From NCBI GenBank assembly GCA_028023455.1, contig JAQFVV010000006.1, positions 1,426,001 to 1,490,000 on the forward strand: DNA of 64,000 bases. Reading direction: 5' to 3'. Every line of letters begins with the position of its first letter. Position 1 is the first letter of the stretch. The translations under genes were made by a program, and so were the position numbers. Below the pieces are notes generated by a model. It was not told the origin of the DNA and did not search any database. It worked only from the letters and a program-made list of their open reading frames with translations. Below, piece after piece: positions 1 to 14,391 of the stretch. Source of the DNA: Epiperipatus broadwayi (taxonomy: Eukaryota > Animalia > Onychophora).

Positions 1-499
1 CGGCAAATGGATGTGTTAATATAGAACCCTTTCTTATAACTTTTAATACAAAAAATTAAAAAAAGAATGAAAAGCCAAATTTGTTGTCAAATGTGAAGAA
101 GTTGAAAGATACTCAATTTTAAAAATGATGGTTAAACCATGCAAGTTAGAAAGAGCTTTTGGAAAAATCAACAGCAGCAAAAAAAATCTTGTTTACAAGA
201 AACATATAAAAAGATAGCTATAAAAAAATGATATCTAATATATGCTAGGGACTGGAATAAAAACATAGAAAATTCAGTGAATATAAAAAAAGATGGTTTT
301 CAAAATTAAACATATCTGATTAAAAAACCTATTTTTATACTGTCAAAAAAATATCAATATTGAAACTGAAGATATGATAGCAATAGAATAAGAGAATTAT
401 TATTTAAGGTCAAGACGGAAAGTTTCAAGTCAAAGAAATAATTCTAAGAAGTGGAGGAAAAGATCACATGATTTATTCAAGTACAAACAGAAAACATTG

Positions 500-1200
500 A
501 TTACTAATTATTAGCATAAAACAATTTTAGAAACATTAAAATGTGACATAAAGTGGTTTTTCTTTGATGTCAGAAATGTGTGCATCGGCTAAATGCCCTA
601 AAACCCTGCTAACCAAGTTAAATATTTCTTTTTTCTAAACTCCTTTTATAGACAAATAAGCTCATCTATTTTTCACTCCTTATTACCAAATTATGTCTCT
701 AGCCTTTATTTTTTCCTTCTATCCCATTTTAACGAAAGCTGTTTTTATATTTCCATTATTCAGTCAGTCCTCATATTCTCCAATTTCATTATAAACACTT
801 TAATTCTCTTTATTGTTAAGTTTCTTCCATTCTCCTTATAATTTATTGTCATCCTCATTTCAATATTATACACTCTAAAAATAAATGTTCAATACCCGCC
901 CTGCCTTTCTTCTCTCTTTCATCTTCAGTTAAACTACATCTACAATTCAAATTCTTATTCCATCTTTGCCTTTTTTCTCTAGTATCTGTGTCTTTTACCA
1001 GATAATAATAAACTTTACTATTATCATATATCCTTTTATACATTAATTTTATTCTTATGCACTCCAAAGTTTTTTAATATTCATATTCACTTTCTACAAT
1101 TAGTCTATCTTCCTTTTCCATCTTTCATAATTATATATCTGCATACATTCTCTGCATATTTTATTTCATATTCAAAGCATGCTGATATTGTAAATGAGAG
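500..1200 (-). pseudogene. Highly decayed LINE (RTE-like) fragment
   Basis: Purine-rich minus-strand coding-like composition similar to the RTE relic at 16.6-18.3 kb. Only a short ORF remains (855-1067) and no clean motif is visible. Confidence 0.25.
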
Positions 1201-1739
1201 CATTTAAAAGCCCTCTATTAGCTTATTACTTAACTAGACCAAATTCTGAATTGTGAACCATGACAATAGAAAACTTATAGGATTGGTTTCAAGGAAAGGT
1301 TATGGTCAAAAAGAGTTGATAGATTTACTTTTGGGATGACAACAAATATGAAGATGGACTCAAAAATATCCGGAATTATTTTCTAATATGTGCAGCTGTT
1401 GACGATCTGCCAAATTACATTACCATGTGAAATTGTGGTACCATGTAGCACATTTTTTTTGTAAAGTGCATTTTATGTATTTGGCAATTTTTTCTAATGG
1501 CGGAAAAGTTGGAATAAAGTGAAATTCTGTTTTCTTTTAGGGAAAATGGTAGGGAAAACAGTTGTAATGCTTGAAAGGGGTTACAAGAAAGCTGTTCTGG
1601 AGAAAACACAAGTTTATGAATGATTTATTGAAATTGTCAAATTCACCTGCTCTAAAAATTATGGTGAGTGAAGTCCTCTGAAGAGATAATACTGATATTT
1701 TTTTTATTGACACAAATAGCATTTTTCTCTCAAAATTAG

Positions 1740-2202
1740 TCCTTAACAGTCAAGTGTTTTATCTACCAGTTTTAAAACATTTGCATGATGTGGTAAAAAT
1801 GTAAATGTCCCATTTTGTGGCAAAGTAAGAAGGACAAGCTTTACCATGATAATGCCTCTGCATGCAGTCTTGAGTGTGAAACCATTTTAATCGAATTCAG
1901 CATGATCCAGCTTATCTAAGTTGTATTCATTTGGTCTCTAATCATGTGACTTCTTTTTATTCCCTCGAATGAAAGAATGTCTCAAAATTTTTTTTGCTGA
2001 TGCAGAAGTGTTGGAAAAAAATGACGCAGGCATTAAAAGGCTTCACTTTGTATTTCCGGACTATTTCGAAAAGTAAAAAACATGTAGAATAGATTATTGT
2101 ATTAAATGGACAGGACTTTAAAGGAGATTAAAATTATAATGGTTAAAAAATAAACAATTTTTTTATTATAAAATTCCGCTTAATTTTAGGTCCCCCCTTG
2201 TA
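1740..2202 (+). pseudogene. Decayed mariner transposase 3' part with right TIR
   Basis: Broken reading of mariner C-terminal motifs: YHDNASA (1842-1862), HPAY...DFFLFPRMKECLK, and GQDFKGD* (~2108-2131). It is followed by a TIR-like end ...AGGTCCCCCCTTG|TA. The left boundary is approximate. Confidence 0.6.
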
Positions 2203-2249
2203 ATGGTCTTCATTAGAAGGGGTCAGAGTAATTCATTTTGCTTGTAAAA

Positions 2250-3600
2250 AAGTTTAAAAGCCTGAAGACTTCAACCCAAATGCTTAAGTTTGATTAGCTA
2301 TTGAGTTATATATTTTAGAAGTCCGTTACGAACCTAGTTTACCTCTTATTTCTATACCATCAAATTCTTGTTGATTTTCTTTGACACTGGATTTGGAAAC
2401 ATTCTTAAAGAAATTTTCTAAATGCCTGAATTTTACTTTCGTGATTGTTTTATATAGAACCAGTTATCAGATATTTTCACAGGAGTCTCATTGTTAGTTG
2501 TTTTATTATTTGGAAAAAAATGTAATTACAGTTATAATAGGCATTTACAATTAATTAAAGCATTTAATGCAATGAGAGATGAAAAAAGAAATACTTGAAG
2601 AAATTTTATAAGAACCATCAGAATCTGGATTTAACCAGTTTGAGTTTTTGAAATTTACTATTGTTTTTGTCTCCAGAAATCCAAATTGGTTTTTTAAATG
2701 TTTTATTATTATCAATAGAGATTCGAACCAGTGGGAGATAGATCAACTTGCAACTTTTTAAAAATTCTTTAATTCTGTCCCTCAAGCCACAAATTTGATA
2801 GTCATTACCTATATAGATCATGGTTTGTATTTGACTACATTTACAGTTAAATTCCATTTATGGAACAGATAAGCTTGTCCTGAATTTGTTGATGATCTAA
2901 GAGAATCAAAGCCAAAAGTGTTTACGGTTAGATTTGGAGGAAAAGAAAATTGTTTGGAAATCTCATAAGTTCAATTTTGTACCAAAATTCTATAGTTGTT
3001 TGTAAAGATTCTTTATTGGACATCCATGAATTTGAGGTGAATTTTACATGGGGAAACTAAATCTTGAGATATTGGTTAGTCTGACCTAAATAATGGATTT
3101 TTATAAATTTTCTTTGAGACAATTTCTGTTCTAATATCTGATAGAATAATATGTGACAAAAAAAAACCCTGTTCCACAATATGATGTATGACAGACAAAC
3201 ATTCTAAATTGTCTTTGTTCAAACGCTTAATGACTTTATGTTCATTGGATGCTGAAGCAGTTTTCTCTGATCATGTTCCGAGTTAATTCTAATACTCGCA
3301 CAATGTTTTACCTAAATACGAAGGCATTTAAAAAATTCATCAAAATTACTGTTAACACTCGAAATTCTCTTCTTCAAATTATTGTAAAAGTTTTTGGTTT
3401 TAAATATGCATAAGATCACATCAGCTGACATTTTTATATAATATTGCATCAACTAAAATTTAAAGGGGTGCTGTTGAACTCTTCCTATTAATAACTTTTT
3501 AAACATGAATCTGTTAAAAATAAATGAAAATATTCATTTAACACAATTTTTCTGACTTGTTCCAATAGAATTTGTGATAAATAATTGCTGCAGAACTACT
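2250..3600 (-). pseudogene. Decayed hAT (Buster/Charlie-like) transposase relic
   Basis: Minus-strand fragments EKTASASNEHKVIKRLNKDNLECLSVIHHIVEQ resemble the hAT 'TDGA..M...V..L...HC.IH' region. The ORF at 2618-2857 resembles the downstream 'LN.KLQG..I..D.I..F..KL' region. Many stops. Confidence 0.35.
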
Positions 3601-4337
3601 GTTGGATATATTTTACAATTAATTAGTGTATACAATTTTTGTATTTATTATAACAGAATTATTCTAAATGTTATCATCATGACTTGCACTAAAAATTATA
3701 TATTTTTATAAAATCTAAAAGTTTCCAAGGAAACTTGAAAAATATATATTATATGTATAATAAATTAGTGAATTTAGTGATTTTTCAAAACAGATTTAAC
3801 TTTTAATATCATGAATCACTATGTAATGTAAAGTAATCTGGACTTATCGCTCACACTACATGTATTTCTGTAGTAATCTAATCCTGTCAAGATATCTAGA
3901 GATCTAGTTACATCTCAACCATGTCAAAATATTAAATACTATATTACAAATTCAGTTTACATTTATGGTAATCACTAATTCAGGTAAGGTTTGAATATGA
4001 AATTGTAACATTCTTTTGCTTAAGTTGTTTAATATTATATAATTAAGTTTCAATAAGCTGGGAATAAGTATTACCATGAAATAATGTATTTAGATGTTAG
4101 AATTAAAATAATCTGGCCACTATTTTGGCATGGATGATATGTTTAAACTACTAGTACAACTAATGAGATTGAATTATAACTGAAAAATATGGCTTGTGAA
4201 AATTGCGAATTTATTTTATTTTATTTTAGATAACAGTTAAAGGATATTAAATGTTAAATCTGTATTGTAAAGGCTAAAATTCAATTGTTAGAAGTATTCG
4301 TAGTGTAGCTATTAATATTGTATATGTATATTTGTAG

Positions 4338-4431
4338 TGCCAACATTATTATTGCAACTCCAGGTCGTCTTGATGATTTATTCAATAGAAAAGTTGAAAA
4401 TTTTAATCTCGTTACATACGTCAAATCACTA
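4338..4431 (+). CDS. DDX55: DDX55 coding exon (motif Ib, IATPGRL)
   Basis: Acceptor tttgtag and donor gtaagt. 1 nt + 31 codons: ANIIIATPGRLDDLFNRKVENFNLVTYVKSL, matching DDX55 NIIVATPGRLEDMFRRK...VRSL. Phase 0 end fits the next exon. Confidence 0.93.
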
Positions 4432-7057
4432 GTAAGTATATTTTACAGTTCAAAAGCTTTTTCACTATTTATTCTTTGTTAATTGAGCATGCTCAGGCCA
4501 ATTTAGTGTATTGTGTAATGGAAAGGTGGAATATTATATGATTGTCTTTGTCTACTTTAAACATTTGTATTATTCCGTTCTATTTGCTTTGTTTATTAAT
4601 AGATTAATAATTTAAAGGAGTAAGGCTGTTATAATTGTACATTATCATTAAGACATCACATGCCCTTATTTTACAATTTCTGTTTTCACTACTTTTATGC
4701 CATATAATGTAAGTTTTAATAATTGATTACTAAAGCTTACACTAGATGGTGTAAAAATAGTGAGATTAGAACAATTTGCTAATCAATATCATTGTGTAAA
4801 GTAAGGTTATGGAATGTTTTATAGGTCATGTGATGTAGTGGTTTTGTGCTAAATCTGGCCAATGAATGAAAGTGCCCAGGGCTCTAAAAAAAATAAAGTC
4901 ACTATAACATAAGCAGTTTCAGATCCATATAATTATGCCGGCAAATAAGTTTGGATTGAAAAAATTGACAAGTTTACCAATTTGAGAAGATTCCTTGATA
5001 GTATAGCAAAAAGTAAAAAATGGCTGCTCGAGGAAAAGTATATTAGTTCCAAAAGAGATCCAAGTATACTGTTCTAAAATCCAAACGCTCCTCGATGGTG
5101 AAACACATAAGTTAGTAACTAGTTTGGGGATATTTGAATAGGATAATACCAGATTAGGATTTATTAAGCATTGCCACTTTACATGTTTTGATTAATAAAG
5201 ATTACACTAGATGGCATACTTGGTCCACTTTTTGGTGAAACCATCAGGAATTTGAAAAGTGAAGATGAGCCATTGTGAGAAACTTATTAAGTAGCCATTT
5301 TATCTATGATAAAAGCTTCATCTAAAGTATAAGCTTTTTGAGAGCACTATTTTTTGAACTTCTTCATTCAGATTGTCTGCAAGTTCTAATGAAAAGTATT
5401 TGATTTTTTAGATGTAAAAGATTATAAAAGCTTACTGCAGTATATAGAGCCAAATTACTCATGGCAGTCTAAGCCGTAATTACTTTTGACAATAGAATTC
5501 AATACGTGTAATCACTTGTGAAGAGATGTTTATCCATGTAATCTTGCAAATTATTGTTGTTATAATACAGAATTATCATTTTCCATTTACAATTTTACAA
5601 AAAAAAAATATCATTTGGTTTTTGTAAATTTCAGACACCACTATCTGTGCAGTAAAATTTAATAAGGTTGTTATCCGAAATTGGACTTTTTTTGTATTTG
5701 AGGAATCAAATGTTGCTTATTTGTAAATAACTTTTTTTTTTTATGATGTAGCTTGAAATATCTACCATTTCCACATGATTTCTTAAGGAATCATGAATGG
5801 TTGTTAGTGATTTTGGCACTATAGGTAAATAAAGTGATTGTCAAATTCACAGATGTTTTCTAATAGTGATCTTATGGGCATTTTATTCAGAGATTATTAA
5901 TTTTAATGTATTGGATGCAGGTCATATTTATAGTTCCAGTCTAATTTGTTCTACTTTGAAATTAGCACTAGAGTTTCCTGCTCTGATTTTTTTAAACTGT
6001 AGATACATTTTCTCTCGCGTATTTTTATACACGTGTGCCTGTGACTCTTAATTTGAGTAACTGTTATTCCACTTACACTAAATCTGGAATATTCTCTATT
6101 TTAATTTTTATAATTGACTGAACCGTACTTGATTTTCACTTATTTAGAGGCATCTATTGCCCGCCTTAAGGAATTATTGGACGTTCTTTGAGTTAAGTAA
6201 ATCAAATGAATAATGGCCTCTATTGCTAATGTATGCAGAGAATGACCGTTGCAGTGTTTTGTCTAGTATAAACTGTCTTAGTCAAAAGTATCAAAGGTTC
6301 CTCCAGTTTATGTATAATTGATGTCACTAAAATATATCGTTAATGGTTTGGGTTTAAAATCTTAGAGTGTCTTTAATCTTAGAGTATCTTTGTATCTTAG
6401 GTTATTAACTTGAATAGAAATATAGATGGTGGTTGGATGTGTGATTATCATTCTTGTCGGTGAAGAGAGCAAATGACCAGAAATTACTCCACGATAGCAG
6501 ATATAGAACTACCGTTTAGTGCAATGGGCCATTCTTTCTATATTTAATATTTTGCATCGCGTGAGTTAAATGAACAAATCAACAATATAAGGCATTGCTG
6601 ACAAAATGTATATATAACATGAAAAATGTTATTGTTAAAAGTATATTAATATACACATGAATATAAAAAGTATATTATTTTTCTTTCGAAACAATATGAA
6701 TTTAAAAAGAATGGGGAAGTATGGAGGTGTTTATTATTTTTCTTATAATACAAATTCTGTTTCAAATTGTTTAAAGAAATACAAGGTAGTTAGCAATTTA
6801 ACTACAAACTTTAATAACAGTCACAACAGTGATTTTGTTAGTTTGCGCAAAGTCTCTAAATCTTGTACGTAGTTTGATACTTCTTTGCAAATCCAAGATT
6901 CTGAATTGTGTGAATTGATTTCATAAACAATTTAAAATATAATTCATTTGAGATAAAATTTGCTTACAGATATAAGACAAACCAAAAATAGTAAAAGTAG
7001 ATTGTGTTTTGTTTTCATTGTTAAAAACTGTTTAAGAAAAGATATCCAATATTAGCA

Positions 7058-7288
7058 AACTCTCCATACAGTAATGCCATCCAGTGCAGGCTTTAGTAAT
7101 CAATGAATGCATGAAATTTTTTGCGTAAAATCCCTATCTATTGCAAAATCCTTTTAGCATCCATTGATTCCTAAGACTTGCACTAGGTAGCAACTACTGT
7201 ATGGAGAAGCCACAATACATCACATCACATCACATATTGTTATTAACAGCTTGTGTTATCATAGGAAATGCTGATCACGTGATGTTTC
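7058..7288. mobile_element. Family B 3'-end inverted pair (old copy) interrupted by a short LINE tail
   Basis: Minus arm AAACTCTCCATACAGTAATGCC...; plus arm ...CATCCATTGATTCCTAAGACTTGCACTAGG...ACTGTATGGAGA, then AGCCACAATACATCACATCACATCAC (LINE tail), then family B resumes and ends at GATCACGTGATGTTT. Confidence 0.65.
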
Positions 7289-8951
7289 GGTGGCTTTATA
7301 TCCAACATTCCAATGTAATTTAATTTGATATTTTTACCTTTTTTTATTTCTTTGCATCTATTAATCCAAATTTATGAACCTATAAAGTTAATTAATTACA
7401 TTTCCAAGTCATCAATTCCTAGAAAATAAAAATAGTACATTGTTTGCATAATTTTATTTTCATCAAAATTCACTGGATCAATGACAAAACATTAGCAGAT
7501 TAAAATTTATACATTTATATTAAATATTATTATTTAAAGTAAATAACAAATGATAAAATATGAATATCAGTTAATAATCATTCATCCCAAACACATTTAT
7601 AGCTCGCTCAGTGATCTTAGAGTCAGAAGTTGACTACTGATCTAGTATTCATTGATTCTTCAAGCTTACAATAGATAGCGCTAGAGTAGAATTAATAGAA
7701 TGAATTATAACATCCAATATTGATGATCTCTATAGATAACCGCTTGTCATATTTTCAGGAATTTTATTATTGTTTCAAAAAATTAAAATGTGTATTTAAA
7801 TCACAATAAATAGAACCCTATAGGAATGAAATTCATATTGTGACAATCATAAAATTACACCCTTTGTTAAATTTAGGAATCCTTAATTATTGAGTTCACT
7901 ACTTTATCAACCCATTAAATCTTCTAGGCATACAAGCTGTGAACCATAATGAAGTTTAAGAGTTATCTATCACCAATACTATTGATCAGTGGATTGAAAT
8001 GACTGATGGTGGATTCGATTTTGCTGATAAGCCAACTCCAGGAACTATAAATAGTGCTTATAATTCATTCTGCTCAAGAGATACTTTGGTTGTCAATCTT
8101 TCTTGATTATGCGTACAATATACTTATTGTGCTTAGTGTTGAAAAATACAATGGAAGAGTAGAGAAGCCATATCTGTTTCATCTTGGCCAGCTGACAGAG
8201 TGCAGGCCGAAAGTCCATAAAGAAGTATGGAAAGGAGCCGTCAGCTAATGTAGAAACATCTTAAGGAGCGTTGTGTCCATTAAATGCGTAAACTTCAAGG
8301 GTCTACTGCTTTGGGGAGAAACCAGCTGACAATTAACAGGTAAACTACCATCCGATGCTGCCTGTGGAATTAAGAACAGTATGATTAAAAACTATCACCA
8401 CCAAAAGTGTACCAATATCTGAAGTCCAAGTTTCAATTCTTAGTGATGAAAGGGAATGGGTATGAACTTTAAAAATATTTTATTATAAATGTCTATTACT
8501 ATTAAGTATTTTTCTTCATTATTCTTAAAGTATTTTATAAATTATGCTATTATTGATTTTGTACATCTGTTTATAAACTAGTATGTCAGGAGATTGCTAA
8601 TTTATTTTATTTAATCACACCACAATTCAATCAATGTAGATCTAGTTTTTCTTCTTTACCGCAATCCTTGGCCATACTTTTAAAGACTTAGTATATTAAA
8701 ACCTGTCATTTTTATCATCTGTAAATATAAAAAGTTGTCAAAATAATAATTTAATTTTAGCTTGATGAAGTCTAAAGCAGATACAAAACAGGCTGCATAG
8801 CTAGGATACATTAAGATTCTCTTTTTATTATTTAATAGTTTATAGTTTTAAGTAAACTATCCTCCAGTTTTGGGGAAGGATAATTAGGTGTATTGATGTA
8901 AGTTAACTGCTATAACTTTATTTTGGGCTGTTTTGTTTATATATGAGATTC

Positions 8952-9044
8952 GTTTGTATGTGTTTTATTTATTCATAAATGATTGTGATACCGTTGTGTT
9001 TGTATGTGTTTTATTTATTCATAAATGATTATGATACCGTTGTG
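8952..9044. repeat. Tandem duplication, 2 x 46 bp
   Basis: GTTTGTATGTGTTTTATTTATTCATAAATGATT(G/A)TGATACCGTTGTG occurs twice, with period 46. Confidence 0.85.
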
Positions 9045-10424
9045 ATTGCCGGTCACTTGCAGTCATTATATTGCTTAGAGCAGGGTATGCGGTAGATGGA
9101 CATTCTTACCGTATATCATTTGCTTTGTTTTTTTATGCATGTCTTGGATGATATCATTTGCGACTGCTATTCTCTCATACGTTTAGTATCTTTACAATTG
9201 TATGCAATAGATGCAAATTCCTCTCACATAGCATTTTCCTAGCTCACATGTATTCATTTACCCATAAATAATATAGCACAGATGTTGTTTTCCTGTATCT
9301 TACATTTACTTATATGGCATTTAGTTATTTGCATGGTAGCCTGAAAGTATTTATGGTAGTCCAATTCTTTAAAGAGTTAATGAATTTAGAGTATCCTCAA
9401 ATTGTAGGTTTATTAAATCTTAAAATTGTAATAACTAGTAGTTGTGATCGTTAGTCTATACAGGAAGTTTATGTCTATTCAGAAACAATTAAAAATGTAT
9501 TATATCGTATATGATCTGTGCATAAACTTCATTATTGAATCTATAAGTATGTAATCATAGTAACTTGTTTATAAATTGACAGGACAGTCAATTTATGCTA
9601 TCATGTGGGTTATAATAATGTATATACATAAATAAATTGTAGGGTCTCATTATTTTTAGCATTTGTCATTATTTTGCAATCTCAATAAATTAAATAGAGT
9701 ATGATAGGGTCTCATGTATATCTTGCTGATCTTAGCAGGCTATAAAAAGAAAAAGTTTTTGATCACGTGATGTTGGAATGTGGAGTTGCCGTTCACATTG
9801 CCCTTGGGTGATTTTTGTGTGGGATGTACTTTTTGACAGTTGCAATATGTAAATGAGCCCTACTATATAGTCTGAACTGTGATACATTCTAGCGGGCAGA
9901 GCAGCATTTCATACAATCATGTGCACAACAATTGTGCAACCATATAAGAGGAAAAGAGCAATGCATGCAGTGATCATTGTAGAAGTCAATAAAATGGTTA
10001 AAAACTGATATTAGAAATAAGGTTAGAATATCTGTCAAAACTGGATTAAATGGATTCACACAGATAACTGTATTTGTACATAATATTTGTGTGTATGAAC
10101 GGTTTATCATCCGGCCAATTATTGGGATTGTCCAAAGAAACTGAAGTGACTTCATTCATTTTATCTTTTTATAGTCTTCTTATTAGCAAATGAATAAACT
10201 TCTTTTTATTCCCTTTAGTTAAGGTTGTTGTCTTATTAATTTATTCGCAGATGCATATACAGCTGGTAAACATAAACCTTACTCCTGTATATAGCACATA
10301 ATTATAAGAAAGTTTAATAATATAATTCAGTTTTATGTACATTAAACCATTAAAACACACAATCATCTTGGTTATATAAGTTATTAAAACTAGAAATTTT
10401 TTTCACACAATAGTGCCCCCTAGT

Positions 10425-10890
10425 GGAAGCTCTAGTAATCAATAGATGCTGAAAGAATGTATCATAATGCCTATCCAGTACTTTCTCATCCAATATTCCC
10501 AGACTAATTTGTAGCGTATGGCTTTCATCAATGAGGAGCCTTGGGTCTGGAATGCACACGGATCTTAGGATATATTGTACTTCCCTCTAACATCCGCCTT
10601 TTACCTTTTTGTCCGAACTGAAATCATACTATCATTTTCAATCGCAAGCTAATTTATCCGTATAGTCATAATGATCTAAAACTAGTTCAGTATCTGTACA
10701 TTTTGATGTCATTGGTTATTTTAATAACCGTAGTCAACTTTATCTTTTGGTTCCTCACAGAAGAAAGACACAAGCTTGAAACTAGTCTGGAGATATTGGA
10801 TGGGAAAGCCCTGGATAGAGATTATAATGCACAACCTTTTAGCCGTTATTGATTATTAGAACTTGCACTAGGTAGTACAATTGTGTGGAA
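10425..10890. mobile_element. Old family B tail-out inverted pair with two decayed HHRs
   Basis: Minus copy ~10425-10570 (CAATATTCCCAGACTAATTTGTAGCGTATGGCTTTCATCAATGAGGAGCC). Plus copy ~10748-10890 (TCCTCA-CAGAAGA-AAGACACAAGCTT-GAAA-CTAGTC-TGGAGA). Both cores are mutated. Confidence 0.7.
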
Positions 10891-11497
10891 AAATTTTATT
10901 ACCGTTTATGCAAATTATTATTATTATGAAATAGAAATATTGTGTTAAATAATACAATATTGTACAGCATATTTTATTAATGCATATTTAAATTATTTAC
11001 TTACTGTCATCGACGGAATATAATTATCGTCAGTGAGACATTGACTCTATATATATGTAAATGTAAACATGTCTGGTATTTATCTGAAAGTTTGTGTTGA
11101 TGTTATTATAGTTGTAATTAAAAAATGGTAGCATCATAATGTCTAAAGTTTGATGTAATATCAAGTTCATACCGAGCACTTAGCGTTTGAAAGTTTGTGA
11201 TGACAATATTTTATTAATTAAGCTGACATTAGGTGGCAGAGCTGGAGTGGAATAAAATTAGCTAATAATAAGAGCAAACTAGGTTTCTTTTGGACTATTA
11301 GCTGAAGGATTTTAGACTTCAGTAAAATATAAACCATATTGCATTATGTCATACTGTATATCTCTTGGAAAGCATTGTGTAACTGGGGTCATGTGATCGT
11401 TTTTTTTTATATGTAATCAGTAGATCTATTATTAATCAAAAATGTAAAATATTCAGGAATATTTTATGTTTATTAATTATACATTTCTTCATTTCAG

Positions 11498-11553
11498 GAA
11501 GTTTTAATTTTAGACGAAGCAGATCGGTTATTAGATATGGGGTTTGAAACAAG
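11498..11553 (+). CDS. DDX55: DDX55 coding exon (DEAD box)
   Basis: Acceptor atttcag and donor gtaagt. EVLILDEADRLLDMGFET + AG (phase 2, completed by the first T of the next exon to give Ser). Confidence 0.96.
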
Positions 11554-12562
11554 GTAAGTAGCATAATTTATTATGCTGATTTAATAATCTTAAGATTGAT
11601 ATTGTGCAATAAAATCTATGTATGTGTATGTACTTGGATCATCGTAATTTGTTCTTGCCTGTCATCGTCTTGACATAATTTATTCTAATACATTACCTCA
11701 GATTTATATCTGTGTCATGAAATAATGAAGTCCTTTAGATCATTGAAATGCTTAGTAATAAAATGTTTTATATTTTGAATTTAAAATAAATTTGATTCTT
11801 GTTGAAACAGGAAGCAGTGTTTAATATAGGGTTACTCATAAGAACATTAACGTAAAGTATGCTTTTATTCGATTTAGGAATTCTGTTTTTTAAGTGGAAT
11901 CTTGTAACCGATATTTAACATACTTCTATCATATGGATTATCTTTAAATTTTATACATGTGTTAGATATCAATATAAAATTTCAGGCTTATCTGGATGTT
12001 TGACCAGTCTAACAATGTTGGCAGGAATTTTAAGCTGCGTTGATATTCGTTCAGTAAATTTTTAAGGATGCGTAGTAGATGGCTGTATATTCTTTAAAAA
12101 TACGCTTTCATTGAATTTCATGACTAAATTCCATAAAAACCATTTACAATTAATTAAAGTAGAAAGAAAAAGAAATGGAGGATGAAATCTTAACTTCTCT
12201 TGATTATTTAATAAAAACTACTTTTTAAAAAAAAAAAATACTGTCTTCATTAACACAAAAATCTTGTAAATGATTTTTAATGAATGCGCATTGTAACATT
12301 GTTTAGATTATCAGTTGAATTTGAATAGCCACAAAATGGCATTTGCAAAATATCCAATACTAAAAAGTAAAAAATAATATATATAAAAAATATTTTTCCT
12401 TTCAATTATAATTTTGATTGTTATATTCAACTTGAAATAAAAGTGTGGGATTATATTTTTGATTTTTAGTATATTACTCATCAAGTTAAATAAAAGCTAA
12501 GACTTTAAAATATGTTTAGATTGGTTTTGTCAAATAACTGGCCAGTAACCAATCTATTAATA

Positions 12563-12935
12563 CAGGGGTCCCCAACCCTAGACCATTTTACTTCTGCCCG
12601 CCGCTATCCGAACACGATAAAAAATTATTTATCTGATACAAGTAAATTCAATTTTTGAAATTTCTTATAAATTATTGTATTATATTGTAATCAAATTGTA
12701 GGGCATACTATACTTTTACAGTGTAAAAATATAAACGTTAATTATATGTTAAAATTTTATTTTTGAAATAAATATTTTTTTGTACATTATATGTATTATT
12801 AACAATATCCAACTATAAATTTACATTGAAAAAATAAATGGTGCTCGCCACCTGGTTGAAAAAAATAAAGGGTGCCCGCCTCTTGGCCGGTATTATAGAA
12901 TGTGCTCTTAAGCGCAAAAAGGTTGGGGACCCCTG
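12563..12935. mobile_element. hAT-superfamily MITE
   Basis: TIRs CAGGGGTCCCCAACC / GGTTGGGGACCCCTG. Perfect 8-bp TSD TATTAATA at 12555-12562 and 12936-12943. Confidence 0.93.
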
Positions 12936-14289
12936 TATTAATAGCTCAATTATTGGTTTGTAAATAGGTGTATAGCTTTTCTTAAGTTGAGCATAACTAT
13001 GGATTTAGTAGGATATAATTTTTGCATTACTTCTGTGTATATGGAGCCATCGTTTGCCATTATTTTATGTTAATATGATGGAAAAACCAAAAGAATGCTA
13101 TTGTGTTTCAGAAATACACCTTTTGTTGAATGTTCATAGATGAGGAATTAGTTTTTTAGGATAGACTTTTTTACCATACTCTAATGTTCCTCAAATTAAT
13201 TGCCATGAGGAATCTAACAAAGTCTCATTTTGGCTAATTGAATAAACTTCTTATGCTTAGTCTGCCACTATGATGCTTGAAGTTACTTGACTTTGAAATA
13301 ATTTACGATATGATCATTTATTTATTTGAAATCAAATCTCACTATCCATTTTATTATATAAAATTATCATAGTTTGACATATAAGATTATTTTCGCTTTG
13401 TTTACATTATTATTATTTTTTTGTCTCAAGTTCAGTTGTAATACATTTTTTATTATTAAATTAAAATAAACTCTTTGTTTTTACTTCACCTTCGAGTGGG
13501 AAGTTTTAATTGCACTTTATGCAAAAAAGTGAAGCTTAGTATTATTAGGAAAGAATTATGAGGCTTAGCGCTTTCGGGGAACTTAGGTCTCCATATTCGT
13601 AGCCTATCTTGGGAGTGTCGGCTTACCTTGAGATTTTAAGCGACGCTTGGCAGTAATTTATGCAAAATTTATTCAAAGTTTTCTTTCATATTGACCATTT
13701 TCTGGAGATTGCAAAGCACGATTCTTTTCGGCTTATTGCATAGTTGTCATTTGCAATAAAACACGCATCTTTTATTTTGCGTTTCGTATCATTATGCTCA
13801 GTGCACAATGCCCTTGCCAAAGTGGGTTCGAACACATGTTCTGTTGTTTTTTGGTGCTCGAAGAATATGGATTTGTTTTCAGTATTGTTTATAGCTCTCC
13901 TGTAAATCCTGCAGTTTTAATTTGGGTAAAAAAGATAAAACAGCCTTTAAATAGCTTATTGAAGGGCAAAGGTTCTCCATCAGATCCTCATCAAGAGGAC
14001 TAGTAGAGAAGAAGGCGTTACTCAATAGATTTACTAATTGTTGGGTCATAAGTATATTTAGTAATTTTTTATCATTTCATGGTATAACTAAAAATAGTTA
14101 GATTCCCATTTATCAATCTGTAATTGAATGGCTATCTGGATTGGCTACTTGAAAGAAAAATTCTAGCCAGAATTTCAAGCAAATGCGAGTAAACTATTAA
14201 CTCATTAAATCTTATTATTTTGCATTAGAAGATAGTATAATTTTGTTTTGGCATATTATAACAAAAAAGAATAGTTTGTAAAAACGACA

Positions 14290-14391
14290 ATCCGAAAAAT
14301 ATTTCCAAGTCTTTTATCAATACTTATAAATCCAATAAAAATCCGAAAAATATTTCCAAGTCTTTTATCAATACTTATAAATCCAATAAAA
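14290..14391. repeat. Tandem duplication, 2 x 51 bp
   Basis: ATCCGAAAAATATTTCCAAGTCTTTTATCAATACTTATAAATCCAATAAAA occurs twice and explains the repeated peptide in ORF 14256-14516. Confidence 0.9.

Noticed and set aside
7990-8430. GC-richer patch with TATAAATAG, possibly an LTR or ribozyme
   Set aside because: No TG..CA boundaries or TSD were identified, and the CTGAC motifs do not fold into an HHR.
13794-14003. ORF with a CxC...H pattern (SWIM-like)
   Set aside because: It is too short and degenerate to assign. At best it is a transposon relic.
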